A stretch of DNA of 63,342 nt, the filler included, from Kipferlia bialata (lineage: Eukaryota): assembly GCA_003568945.1 (NCBI GenBank). It is 5 parts of 4 records of this genome, joined end to end, with 100 filler letters (N's around TTAATTAATTAA, not from the genome) between each part and the next. Parts side by side here need not be neighbours in the genome. Positions count along the whole stretch, not along the records: positions 20,906 to 41,628 come from BDIP01000087.1; 4 more parts are not named here. The stretch is one strand, 5' to 3'. The notes beneath the pieces were generated by a model. That model made no database searches and had not been told where the DNA came from. It saw only the letters and a list, made by a program, of their open reading frames with translations. A program made the translations under genes and the position numbers. Below, one piece after another: positions 23,995 through 37,400 of this stretch; within the stretch, counting starts at the first letter, position 1, and every line of letters begins with the position of its first letter.

Positions 23995-24039
23995 TATGCA
24001 GAAAGAGAGCGTGTGTTCTCCTACTCAGGATACTCACGA

Positions 24040-24798
24040 GGACCCGGCATACCTCCAAAGACCCCGTTGACCCCCGACCCGTGCAGTCCGATGTGGGTCA
24101 GGGTGTGCAGCAGGCTCTGCTTGTTAAGAGTCTTCCTGGCACCCACAAACTCCACGTCCAGCACGTTGCCCTGCAGTGTGCTCATGGACCCCACTGTCTG
24201 TGTATCCGATGCATCGGCAGAGGCCACGAGGTCAGTGCCCTGAAGGGTAAGCGAATAACAGACAAACAATAGAATACACACAGGGGGGAGGTGTGCAGGG
24301 GGGGGGGGGAGGGGGGTAATGACGAAAGGAGAAGTAAACTAGGTGTTCCACTGTTACAGCCCTACTGGCATATGCTAAGGAGTAGTAGAACAACTGCCAC
24401 CCACCTCTGTGATGTACTTGAACTCCATCTCTCCATGAAGGGTCCGACCCAGTGTCACCTGGGGTGAGAGGCACTTCCATATTGGTATCAGAGACACATA
24501 CATGCACTAAAGGGAGAACACACCACTCAGTATACACACACGGATGACCTATACACTCCTACGCGAACTCCCCCCCCACCTTCTTGGCTGCCAGGAATGC
24601 CCCGTGGTTGGGCTCACAGGTGAAATACCGCGTCCCCTTGAACTCTCCGTCGTACTTGCCAGCAGGGGTGTCCCAGGCAACACCGTAGAAGAGTTTGGAG
24701 CTGCCACTCTCCTTCACCTGTCCATAGTATGCAACAGTGCCGCGCAGGCTCGCATCTGCAACAGACTGCAGCCTGCGACCGACTATATCATCACTCAT
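24040..24798 (-). CDS. TBCE: Tubulin-specific chaperone E (CAP-Gly), 3' partial
   Basis: An N-terminal CAP-Gly (GTVAYYG...FYGVAWDTPAGKYDGEFKGTRYFTC...GAF) is followed by DVEFVGARKTLNKQSLLHTL, the segment preceding the LRRs in TBCE. Confidence 0.8.
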
Positions 24799-25125
24799 AG
24801 TACTCAGGAAGTAGAGAAATGGCTACTCTACCGATGCTTAGTTAGCGTGACAGGCTGGAAGTGTAAGGTAGAGAGTCTTGCATTGAAGACTGCCAGGAAA
24901 GTCGGAGATTTCGACTCAAAGGTCAAGCCTCCCTTCTTCAGCAGTTTAGCTCGAAAACAGTGAACTGAGTGTCGGGACCACGTTCCCAGGAGACCATCGG
25001 CCACCTTGTGTTCTATAAGGCCTGTCTGCAGGAATAACTGGTGCGTATGGTGTGTTGTGGTTGAGGAAATGACCGGTAAACGACTTTCATTTCATTTTAG
25101 GTAGGGTACGCCCTTCGCAGCCCAT

Positions 25126-27990
25126 ATGGCAGCCTCTGAATACGTAGAGGAGATATCCCGAGGTATGTGGAAAGGATAGAGTTGTTAGAGTTAAGCGGAA
25201 GTGGGAATTGCTCAAGTGTCTCTCATTGAACTCAACCTTCTCACCGTACAGAGAGGGTACAGGACGCTTTCGGCACCTTTGACCCTTCTGGCACTGGTTA
25301 TGTGACCCGTTACCAGTTCTCAGTTGCTGTCAAGTGCCTTGGGATCGATGTAGTGATGGACAGTCAGTACCCCAGTGCAGAGAGCATTAACTATGAGCAG
25401 GCTCTAACCATGGAGTTGGGGGTGTGCATCACAGGAGAAGGAGAGGGTGTGGAGTCTGAGGTGGACTATGATGCCACCGAGGCCGAGGTAGAGAGTGAAG
25501 AGGATGACTACCAGGGAGAGCTGACTGAGATGGAGTCAGCTGGGGAGGAGGAGATGGGCATGGAGGAGGTGGAGAGAGAGGTGTCCCTGCCAGTCCCTGA
25601 CACCCACTCGCCCACTCCCTCCCCCCAGCAGCCCAGGCCAGCAGTGGTGGGTGCAGAGGCTGCAGGGGCTGGGCGTTCCCCCTACCTCCCCATTGCCCCT
25701 CCCAGAGACTCCCTGGCCAGTGACTCTGGCAGGGACGCAGACTCTGAGAGTGTCACAGACATCTACGAGAGAGAGAGAGCCAAGGTGACGCGTCGCAGGT
25801 CCGGCAGGGGGAGAAGCCGCCCTGCGGAGAGGGAGCTGCGGAGCCGCAGTCCTCTGTCCCGGTCCCGCACTGCCCTGGAGGTATACACCGGGAGTGGGTC
25901 TGAGGGTGATAGAGAGGCAGAGGAGGAGGAGAGGAGAGAGAGGAGAGACAGGGTGCTGGAGGAGGAGGCCCGGATGGAGCTGGAGATGGAGATTGGGGCC
26001 CAGAACGCATCGGAGACAGCCTCATACTCAGCTGGTGACTCCCTTCTGGATGAGATACCCACCAGTCCCAAGACTCTGGCAGAGGAGGAGTCCAACTCCT
26101 CCATGTCCTCCCCTGCACCCGACTACAGCACTCGGTACGACGCCTCTCTGGACGTTGTAGTGTCTCTGTTCCGGCGTGCTCTCTCTGCCATCCAGACCCA
26201 GAGGGAGAAGGAGGCCGCACAGTGCGAGAGAGACAGGGTCAAGTGCGAGGAGTGGGGGCTGCGTAGTCGGTCCCCCTCCCCCACCGCCTCCCCCCGAGGC
26301 AGGAGGTCTCCCAGGAGGTCCCCCTCCCCCAGACGCATGCTCTCTGGCAGTGTGTCACCCGGCAGGAGACGCTCCCCTTCCCCCAGGCGGATGAGTGCCA
26401 CCACTGGCAGGTCCCCCTCTCCCAGGCGTAACAACGCCACTGCCAGGTCCCACCGCAAGTGCGTCAAGGCAGGCATCATGCAGATGCTCACACTCGAGGA
26501 TATCAGGTCGGTGCATGGTGTGGATAGTCTATATGTTATCATTTAGTTATCTCCCACTATCCATCTCCCTCTCACCGCAGGGGCACTGGCTATGTGACTC
26601 TTGTTGAGCTCATTGGTGTCCTGAGCAGGTGCGGGGTGCAGCTGGCCAAGGGCGAGACCCACGACCTGGCCGAGGTGCTCTGTCCACCCCAGCCCCTCTC
26701 TGCCACGGGTGGGGGCAGGAGGCTCGACCTAGACGGAAGGTGGGTGTGTTATAGTATATCGCATTGGCTTCACCTCCTCCCATTCTCACCCCCAGGACCA
26801 TCCCCCTCCAGGCCGTGGGTGACATTGTGCGTGAGGCCAGGCTGGATCTGGAGCAGAAGGCCCGTGCCAAGAGGGAGAGAGAGATGGCAGAGGCCAAGGA
26901 GCGCGGACTCACCAGTCTGGCCCTTCCCCTAGCCCTTCCTATCCCAGAGAGGCGGCCGAGGTTCGGGTCCCCCCCTAGACGCAAGCAGAACCCCAAGCCT
27001 GCCCCGCCCAGCACCCGCCTCATTGCCCCCGTGACCCGCATCTCCCCCGTCCCCACCCAGTCCTCTCCCTTTGACGCCAAGGCCAAGGGGCAGGCCAGGG
27101 GGGCTCCCAAGTCACCCAGCCTGCGCCCCTCCCCCCCTGTCTCCCTTGCCACCCTGCCCGGCAGTGATAAGGGGCATCTGGTGCAGGCACTGGCCAGAGT
27201 CTCCAGACGGAACTCAGGTGCAAGGCCAGGGTCCGAGCTGCGTAGGCTGCTGTCTGCTCAGGATACCTACAAGAGTGGGCGTGTGTCGCAGGAGCAGCTT
27301 GTGTCTGCCCTCTCCTCCCTCTCCCTGTCCGAGAGGGTGGCCAGGAGCACGGCCTCTGCCCTGGTGTCAGGAGAGGGCAAGGCCGGCAAGGTGGCCATTG
27401 CCTCTGTGGTGGCTGCTACGAGTGACCTGTTTGTGGGTGTCGAGCAGCCAACGGAGAGAGAGAGAGCAGTGCTGGGTGGGGTCACGGAGAGACAGCGGGA
27501 GCGTGCCCGTCTGGAGACTGAGCGCGTGACCCAGCCATCCACGTCGTGGTATGCATGGGAGAAGCCTAGGACAGGGCGGGGAGGGGGGGGCGGGGGAGGC
27601 GGTGGAGGGGGAATGGGCTCCAGTAGCAAGGCCCTCAGGTCCCGTACCCAGTCCTCCCCACGACCCTCTCCCACTCCCTTTGATGGCAGGACCCATATTA
27701 GCCCGGGCAGGCGTAGGTATGTATGCGTTACATTGGAAGATTGGGGATAAGTCATTGTTCATCGTTGTGTTTCCTTCTCTGTCAATATACTCACCTCCAG
27801 GCCTCTTCAGAGTTGCACACAGTCCTCCATTGGGCGTGACAATGTGTCAAACGTGGTGCCCATCCGGCCCAGGTCCCCTGTGCGGGAGAGGTCCAACCCC
27901 TTTGCCGGGTCCAACAGCCCCAGGGGGGGAGACATCCTCCTGCCCAGCAGGGGGGTCATTAACATCTCACATGGGTCGTTTATCAAGTGA
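25126..27990 (+). CDS. EF-hand-like domain protein with long low-complexity regions
   Basis: Contains the EF-hand-like segments VQDAFGTFDPSGTGYVTRYQF and LLSAQDTYKSGRVSQEQL, plus RS/SP repeats. Stop is TGA at 27988-27990. Confidence 0.65.
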
Positions 27991-28405
27991 AGGCTGATGT
28001 GCGTTTGTTAGGGTGTATAAGTATGTTGTGAAGTTAGTGTATGTATTGTTGTTCTTGGTTGTGTGTATCGTTGATATCAGTATGTTTTGTATGACAGAGG
28101 CCATAAATGATTTCTGTCTGCTGGAAACTCAGAATATTGTAGCATGTCTATCCTATCTATATATGTCTCGTCAATTGTCCAAAGTATGGCCACTGACACC
28201 GTATTAGTGTACCAGGAAAGTCACAGAGTCTTACTCTGAGTTACTCAGACACTATAACCCTTTTATCAATAATCAAAAATCCAGACGACGCACAAGACAT
28301 GAGATTGAGACATTGCTACTTTCTCTTACCTCACAGCCTCTCGTGGACGCAAAAATGCCACTTTTCACCTTTTGCACCACTGGAAACACCAGGACTGGGG
28401 GAAAC

Positions 28406-30004
28406 ATGGAGTCTGAGCCCCAGGTGACTGATAATGACGCTATTTGTCCTTATTGCCACCTGTCATTCTGTTTTGAGCCTCTCCTGCCTCTTCTTACTAT
28501 AACAGGGGCACTCCAGCTGTAAATTTATATTCACCATTCTCTGTCTTACTGTCAGGATGCCCCTATGGTGATTGAGACAGATGAGCCTGTCTCCACAATG
28601 GCTCCTTCTCTCAGCCAGCAGAACCTCCAGATTGAGCTGCCCGAGGAGGGGGCCCACGATGACCTGGAGCCAGAGATCATCGAGATCGCCACAATCGACC
28701 AGGAGCTGGAGGCTATCAACGCAGAGCAGCAGGCCCTCCCCGTTGAGATGGGACCTCTGGTTGGTGCCACCATCGCTGAGTCTGAGGAGGAGGAGGCTGT
28801 GGAGACAGCCCCCCTCCCCGTGGTTGACTTCACAGCTGAGATGGCCCCAGCTACCAAGGAGCCCGTCACCGTGGTGCCAGCTGCCATCGAGGCCACCCCA
28901 GCCCCAGAGGAGAGCGACGATGTCGTGGTTGCTGAGGAGGAGGAGGTCGAGGTTGAGGTGGAGGCCGAGGGGGAGAAGAAGGAGGAGAAGGAGCCTGTGC
29001 GCCAGGTGATGCCCCCCCAGCCCGTGGCCACTGTGCCCATGGTGGCTGCTGTCACCATGTCCCCCTCTGAGGAGCTGGCCAGCGTCAGGGCCAGCCACAG
29101 CCAGGCCTGCGACACCATCGCAGAGCTGAGGCAGAGGGTCGAGATGCAGGCCAGGGTCATCAGCGCCACAGACGGCGGCATTGCCCACCAGCACTCCATG
29201 GCATCCCTCCGCAGGGGCACCATCGGCGCTAAGGTATGTGAAATATATATATATATATGGGACTGTTTGTAGCGTTTTGACTGTAATGCGTATGTGCCCG
29301 GCTTCCCCTCACGTCAGGTCATGAGCGTTGAGGAGCTGGAGTCCGAGGTGCTGCACAGGGACCAGAGGCTCAAGCAGAAGGACGACGAGATCGCTCTCCT
29401 CAAGGTGGGGTCTCACTCTGTCTACCACAAACATATATACTTGTATACATTATTGCTCGCTATGTGCACCTGACCCCCAGATCAAGATGGAGCAGCTGAA
29501 CAGGGAGCACCACATGAACATGGCTGCCCTGATCTCCCAGGTGGAGGAGCAGCAGGTGGCATCAGCCCACCTCTCCCAGACCCTTGTGTCCATCGCGCCC
29601 TCCCTCGTCAGGTATACACACTAATTGGTCTTCCCACTATATTGTATCTGTGTTCTGATGCTCCTCTCACTCCCAGGGACGCCTCCCCCATCAGGACTGA
29701 GACCGAGGTGCACCCCACCGGCCCTTCCATGCTGGGTCAGTCCAGCATGGACGCCAGGGACTCCCCTGTTGGTGGCTCTGTGTCCCCCCAGCCCCAGCCC
29801 TCCATGATGAAGACGCCCTTTGTCGCAGTGGCCAAGGCACCCGAGATGACCATCGAGACGGAGCAGCTCGACTGCGCCGCCCCCCCTGCCGCTGCCCCCG
29901 TTGCCCACTCCCCTGTCATGATGTCCCCCGGACAGCAGGGCAAGCCATCCAGGCCCGGCAGGAAGGGCACCAGGGGACGCACATCCCTCAGGGAGCAGCA
30001 CTAG
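28406..30004 (+). CDS. Hypothetical acidic coiled-coil protein
   Basis: MESEPQ|DAPMVIETDE... continues through five phase-compatible exons and ends ...TSLREQH*. Confidence 0.6.
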
Positions 30005-30456
30005 AGAGTCGTTGGTCGGAGGGTCAAGTCCGACATTTGAACGTCACTTTTTGTGAATTGTTCATATCCGACATTCACTTGATGTGATGATGTATTGTGG
30101 TTGTAGTTGTAAGGTTTCTGTGTGGTAATTACCATCGTATATGAATAGATGTATTCTACTGTATGAGCATGGTTTGCATGTGGTGCCAGTGGTCGTAGAT
30201 GACGGAACAACTATCATCTTGGACCAGAAGTGCAAGCCAGCCTCAATACATACTCCAAGCTTACAAAGGTCAAGTACAATCTATACGTGACGTACATAAA
30301 CACAGGACATCTCACGTCAGGGGATATACCTCTATGGCATGTCGCCCTTCATATCAATGACACACAAACACAGAAACTAAAAGAAAAGTGAAACGAAATG
30401 AAATAATACACAACAGACACCAAAAGACTGACATGGCGAGGAGGTCTCCCGACAGC

Positions 30457-33357
30457 CTAGGATCCTGCCTCTTCCTCTGCATCTGCCTCTGCCTCCTTAT
30501 GGTGTGCACAGAACACAATCACATCGGATGGCACACGATACTGAGTCTTCCACGCAGGTGGAACTGTACCTGACGGTAAGCAACGTATTCAAGACACACA
30601 TAACATACATAACTGATAACACGACTTCCTCACCTCTCAGCTTCCCAAGCTGGTTGTCTGTTGCGGTTCCCTTCTGCCTCTTACTGACCTCGGTACAGAA
30701 TGCCACTGTTGTCTCCATGGCCAGCTCTGTCGACAGCAGTGCCAGCCTCTGCGGGCTATCCCCCACAAGTGCCACCAGACAGCCCATCAGTATCTCATGG
30801 AGGACGGGGTCTGCGAAGAAGGGGAGGGGCGTGTTGGTGAGGACCTGCACGGTCTCTGCCACGTGCCATGTGGATAGGGCGCAGGACATGGTGTTGACAG
30901 AGGTCAGGGACAGTAGGACAGAGACGAGGGAGGGGCTGCAGGGGAGGGGGGCAGAGGCAGAGGCACAGCTGACCAGCGGGTACACACCCACAGAGAGGAG
31001 GGGGGATATCTGCACACGAGGGAGCAGGGTGCGATCAAACACCGCCTCCCCCTCCGGAGGGTCTGCCCTACCCAGTGTGACAGGCACCACACCCACAGCA
31101 GGGTGTGCCTTGGTGCTGGCCTTCCCCTTCGCCTTGCCCTTGCCCTTCCGATCAGGCCTGGGTACAGCCTCCCTGGCCTCCCCCCAGCACACACACACAG
31201 GCTGGACAGCAAGACTGGTGGGCGAGGTGTCAGGGTTGGCATACAAGAGACCAGGTGCGACAGAGGCCTCCGTGATGTGTTGTAGTTGGACCAGAGCAGT
31301 CTTACCGCCTGGATCCGCGTCCCCTAGGATACCCCCCAGCAGGACTGAGTGGTGTCTGGCCAGCACACCCACCAGGAGCCATGTCATGCCGACAAAGTGC
31401 TGCACATCGGCTCCCACCAGGGTCTGGGAGTCCTCGGGGGGGGGAGGGGTGGTGAGGGAGGAGAGGGACTGGGAGACAGAGAGGAAAGGGGCAGTCATGC
31501 TGGTGGCCAGGCGGCGTCTCTGCCTAGACAGAGCAGAGGCCGAGGGGGGAGACATCGCAGCAGTGGCGTGGGAGACAGCCCTGCCCTGGGTGCCTGCCTT
31601 GAGCCTTGGCTGGGAGGGCCGCAGGATGCACTCTGAGAGACCGTCCAATGCGGCATGGAAGGTGTCCTTGATGGCCACAGAGGGAAGGGGGGCTAGAAGG
31701 GCAGTCTCAATCAGAACCATACTAGCTGCAACGGCTGGTCCCAGGCCCTGACCCACTAGGGGTTCACTACTATTAGACTGGTCCTTGCCTGATGGCCTGG
31801 GAGATGCCTGTGTCCTGGGAGTAGACCTGGTTGCATCCCTAGGCTGGTGGGCAGAGAGGGGGTTACTCACACACCCACACAGGTACCGGCGCAGGGCAAC
31901 GACACTGCTCACAAACACACCCAACATCCCACCAGCAGATGCCGTGCTAGACTCGCCCCCTCTCCCCTTGTCGTGTGTCCTCAGAGTGTTCAGCGCAGTG
32001 GCCAACACATACAGGGGCAGAGAGGCGTCTGGCCCCGTGTTCCTAGCCCTAGACACTGCCAGACAGTATCCTATGGACGCTGCCGCAGTATACTGGGCTG
32101 CAGCCACCAGGATGGGACCCCCCTTGCGCTCTGTTGGTGGCTGCAGGGTCAGGTACGTGTCGAGATGGCTCTGCCCTTGCCTAGTGGACTGCAGTATGCC
32201 AAGCAGGATGGTACACACATCACTGGCAAGGGCCTTGCTGAGTCTGTAGGTAGACCCTTGGTCTGTACAGTGGTGGGAGAGGACCCCTAGTGTCTGGCAG
32301 AGCAAGGGGACCCAGGACAGAGAGTCCTTGGGCAGGGGATTAGCCTTGGTACCCCTGAAGGGAGAGAGGACGGCGGCCAGGGCGGATAGGTCTGAGGGCA
32401 CCCTCCCCTTCACCATATCTCTCTTCATCTCACCCTTGGACGCTAGGGGTGCCAGCCAGGCCCCCACCGACGTTGCCCTCTCCCCCCTCAGAGGCACCCC
32501 CATCCCTAGCCAGTGGGCCAAGGACTCTGCCACACCCTCGGGGGCTGACTTCCAGGGCACGGGGGCACAGGAGGGCAGGCACGCACACAGGGTCTTGTAC
32601 TCAAACTCATATGCCCTCCACACAGAAGCATCCTGGACAGTGTCCTGTGGGGAGGCCAAGCCTGACTCCCCCTTAGCCTGTGCAGCGCCTCTCTTCCTGT
32701 CAGGGGTGGGCCGCTGTGCTAGCCGGGCCTTGGTTCTCCTGGTCTGTATATCAGCAGCCCTTCGTCTGTCTGACTGCTCCAGCTTGGTCTCAAGCGCCCT
32801 CTCCCGCTCGGACTGTCTGCTCTCTCTGCGGGACTGGGGTGAGAAGTATAGAGTAAACAGTAAATAGGGGGGTTACACTAAATGCAACAGTACATACCTG
32901 AGCTGCCTGTGTCCTCTTGTCAACGATGGCACTCCGATCCCTGGTGTCCTGTAGGGTCCTCTCCATATTGACACTCCTCACTCTCTCCCTACGCTCAATC
33001 TCAGACGTGATACGTTCCTGCTTCTCCCTTTCCTTCTCTTCCCTACGGAACTGAGCCTTCTCAACCTAAGAGTGAGAGAGGAGAGCAGTGATTCTACTGC
33101 TATATGACGAAGATACTGCATGAGTGCGATCCAAACACTCCACCATACCTGAGATGACACTGTCCTAGCCGTGCTGGATGTCCGCCTCTCCCTGGACCTT
33201 GCCCTCTTACCGGCCCCCTCCTCCTTGTGCTCCAGCCTCTGCTGCAGAGACATGGCAGTCCGCTTGTCCCGCTCCCTGTTCTGGCTGGCAACCTCCCCGG
33301 CATGTCTCACTAGAGAGTGGGCTCTTGCAACCTGGGTCAGTACGTATATATATATGT

Positions 33358-33398
<41 letters not shown>

Positions 33399-34205
33399 AT
33401 ACCTGACAGTGACACTACACAACACACTATAGAGTACCTTGTTTGCGACAGCCACGCCACGCCTGGCTTCCGCTCCCATCATACGGCGTTCAAGAGCCTC
33501 CCGCTGCAGCTGTGTGGCCTCAGTCTGCCGGGCATTGGACAGGGTAGGGGGAGGGTTGACAACGCTGGTGGAAGACCCAAAGCTTGCATCTAGAGCTTGG
33601 CCTGTATCTGTGGTGGACACGTCCCATGCGACAGGTGCTGGGGAGGGGGAGAGGTTGGCTATGGGATCACGTGGGCGCAAGGGAGAGTGTAACCCAAGTC
33701 CCAAGTCCCCACCGATGCTCAGCCCATCTGAGGCCACACCAGGGGGGGGCACCTGCCAAGCCTGACCCCCCTGCACATACTCCCCATAGGCATGTCCCTG
33801 GTTATCCTCAGGATCTGAGTCCTCATACCCCTCACTGCCCTCGTCCGAGGCAGACTCCCGACCCCGGCTCCAGCTGCTGGATATACGGGTACTGTGCAGA
33901 GACCCAGATAGCTCGGGACCAGGGGTGGACTCAGCGCCAACCACCTCCATATTCTCCAGGCCGAGACCGGGGGGTGGAGTGTATCGGGGAGATAGAGTGC
34001 ATATACTATTCTGGAACCTAACCATGGCCTCCTGGACATCCAACGTCTCCTTCAACACGTCTGCTGCAACACCGTCCACTACCGCTGCCCCAAGAGTGTC
34101 TCTCAGCTCATTAAGTGCGGTCACCGCAATCTTGGCAGAAAACCTAGCATGAATCACGGCAGGATGGGTGGCGATTGGGCAAGGTTGAGGTCGGTGTGGG
34201 GACAT
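30457..34205 (-). CDS. SCAPER-like protein (S-phase cyclin A-associated protein in the ER)
   Basis: A central charged coiled coil is followed by C-terminal VQVLTNTPLPFFADPVLHEILMGCLVALVGDSPQRLALLSTEL, which resembles the SCAPER motif LCxLPFxYFSDPxLxxxLFPxLIA...xLEQE as recalled. Confidence 0.55.
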
Positions 34206-34495
34206 GGTATCGAGGGCTGTAGTATTCCGAGGGGGTGACAGGTCATACGCCAACGGTGAAAATGTGCCCCCCCCCAACGGAGACAAGGAGGGGAAGTACA
34301 TTGTTATTTAAACAACTCAGAGATAGACTCTGTGCGAGTCTAAAAGGAAGTCCCCTTGGGGTTACCACCTCAACCATGCTAAATTCGATATCAGTATTTG
34401 AAATCAGTCTTACGACGCACTTTAAATCTCGTTTTTCGGGGTTCTTCTTCTTCCACCGGATCGAACAACATCCTCCTTGTCGGCAGATCCTGATC

Positions 34496-37400
34496 ATGGA
34501 CTTCACTGCATTGCTTGGAGCTCTTCAGAGCACAGACACTGCTCAGATCAGGGCCGCTGAGGAGCAGTACGAGGCATTTATCAAGGCTCAGCCCCTTGAG
34601 TTCCTCCAGCGTGCGTTTTTTTCCTCTTACATCTCGTTTTCTATGTCACTTTCCTGTATTTCCTCACCCTAGTTGCCTGCCAGACCCTTTCTGACCCTAC
34701 CAATGGTCGCTTCATGGCTGTTCTCCTTCGCAAGGAGCTTGTGTCCGGTGCCGATACAGCTTACGCTCGCTGCCCTGCCGCCCACACCTCTGTCCAGACA
34801 TGCCTGCTGCAGGCTCTCTCCACCGTCACCGAGAGGGCCCACCTGATGCAGATTGGTGTTGCTGTTGCCAACCTCATGTCCACTCTCTGCTCCCCCATGG
34901 AGAAGGTACGTGTGATGTATCCATACGTGTGTATGCAGTCTGGTTTATCTGATGTCAGGAGCCCGATATGCGTTACTGGCCCGCTGCCACCCAGTGGATC
35001 GAGAGCAACTACCAGAGTGCCAACGAGGTTCACCGTATGGTGTGCTACAACATCATCCAGGAGCTCTCTGGAATCCTCGCTGGAGCCATGGCCAAGTGGC
35101 CCGCTTGCAAGGTTAGTAGGGTTGCCTCTAGGAAATAGTATGGGTTGTCCATTTGTAACGGTCTTGTCTTTTGCTTAGACTCTGTGCTGTGGGTTTCCCT
35201 GGTTCTCTCCAGGTAGATCTGGGAGATGCCCTTCACTGACCCCAGGACATCGTGGTCGCTGGACTCAATGACTCCTGTGCCCAGGTCGTCGAGTACTCCG
35301 TCACCGCTGCATGCACCCTGGTACGTGGCATTGATTCTTGAGTTACTCTCGCTCTTGATCCCAAGTACCATAGACATATATATCTCCTCCAATCCCAGGT
35401 CCTTCTTGTGACCGACGTGGCCCCTGTTCTGTTCCCCCCTATCTGCCTGGCCCTGACCACATCCCTGACCAAGCAGGTGGGTGGATGTGCTTATCCTTAT
35501 GGAGGGTCCCTTCGGTATCTTCCACTCCGAATCTTTTGTCATTTTCCTCGATCAATTCTTCTTCCACTCACTCAGGCCTGGGACCTGTCTGCCCACATCA
35601 TGCAGGAGCTCGCTGTCATCGGAGAGGCCAACGGCTCTCTTCTCCGTGCCTCCGTGCCCCAGTTCCTGACCATCCTCTCCCAGCTTGTTACCAACTGTAC
35701 GTGTTGCATGCTATTCACTCTGATGATATGCCGTCTCTGTCCATCCAACATTTTCCCAGTATGACTGTCTGATATATCTGTGTATACCTGGACACGGCCT
35801 GTTCTAGTAGTTCCTCCTCACCTCACCCCAGCCACCATCATCGACTCCGTCAGGCACGTTGCCGTGGAGCTCGTGTGTGTGCTGTGCGAGGGATCCCCCA
35901 GGTAGGGACTCCTCTAGGTCGTTGTATAGGACTTCACATGACTCCCCCCTCACCCCTAGGAAGTGCCGCCAGTCTGTCAACGACGTCGGCACCATCATCG
36001 CCAACGGACTGGTCCCCATGATGGCCGACCTCGACGACGACGAGCAGGTGGGTAGATCTTTACACTTCGTTTCTTCTCTAGTCTCTCTTCCCCCTCTGAC
36101 CACTAGGCCTGGGACAGCACTGTCCCCGAGGCCTGGGAGGAGTCCGACGACCTCCAGGTTGCCGAGACCGCCCTCGACCGTATCGCCATTGCCCTCGGAG
36201 GCTCCGCCCTCCTCCCCGTCATCGAGAGCATCGTGGGCGAGACCCGCCAGCACTCCTCCTGGAAGATCAGGCACACCTCCGCCACCATGCTTGCCATTGT
36301 GGCCGAGGGATTCAACACCGCTGCCTCGATGCCCCAGGTCAGAGGCATGGTCGCCGTGCCCCTCTCCCTCAAGAACGACCCCCACCCTAGGGTGAGGTGG
36401 GCCGTGTGCAACGCCCTGGGCCAGATGTCCACCGACTTCCAGCCCAGGCTCCAGGCCAAGCTCCACCAGGAGGTCGTCACATGCCTCATCGACCTCACCA
36501 AGGTATGTACACACACACACACACAACATGTAAAACCCATGTCCTAGATACCCCCCCTCACCCTTTAGGACACCCAGTCCGTGCGCGTCAGGTCCCACGC
36601 CGGTGCCGCCCTCATCAACTTTGTTGAGTACATCGAGCCCGAGACCCTCAAGCCCTACGTCGAGGCCATCCTGCAGGTGCTGGTCACCCTCATGTCCTCC
36701 GACTCCAGGCTGGCCCAGGAGAACGCCCTCACCTGCCTCGCCGCTGTCGCCGACACCATCGGACGCCAGTTCGGCCAGTACTACCAGTCCTTTGCCCCCA
36801 CCCTCATCGGCCAGCTCCACGCTGCCCTCGCCAACAACACCAGCGGCTCCTCCGTGCACACCCCCTTCGCCGCCAGGCTCATCGAGGCCATCACCCTCAT
36901 CGGCCTGTCTGTGGGAGGCGAGACCTTCTCCCAGCAGTTCCCCGAGGTCATTGGCATGATCCTGACCGCCTGGGACCAGCACCACGAGAACCCCGACGAC
37001 CTGCTCACCAAGCACATCCTCTTTGGCCTGGGACGCCTGGTCAAGGTGGACAAGATGCAGTTTGCCCAGTACTTCCCCAGGGTGATGCCCATCCTCATGC
37101 AGATCACCAACCAGGAGTTCATCCAGATCATCGACGGTACGCGCTAGTTGTATTGACGTGCTGATTCTGATCATCCCCCTCTTTCCCCCCTCCATCCTTA
37201 CCCCAGGCAACGACGACGAGGCTGACGGCGAGAACGTCATCTCCCTCGGTGACCTTGCCATCCAGATCAACACCCCTGCCATCGAGGAGGCTGAGATTGG
37301 TCTGTCCATCATGGGCACCGTGCTGTCCTCCTCCCCCGACGCCATGATGCCCTTCCTCGAGCAGGCCTTCAAGACATGGGTCACCCAGTCCCAGGCCAAG

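Noticed and set aside
35697..35831. TGATGA...CTGA in a longer-than-usual importin intron as a box C/D snoRNA
   Set aside because: There is no terminal stem, no clear D'/C' boxes and no recognisable rRNA guide, and such short motifs arise by chance. An Rfam or snoscan run would be needed.
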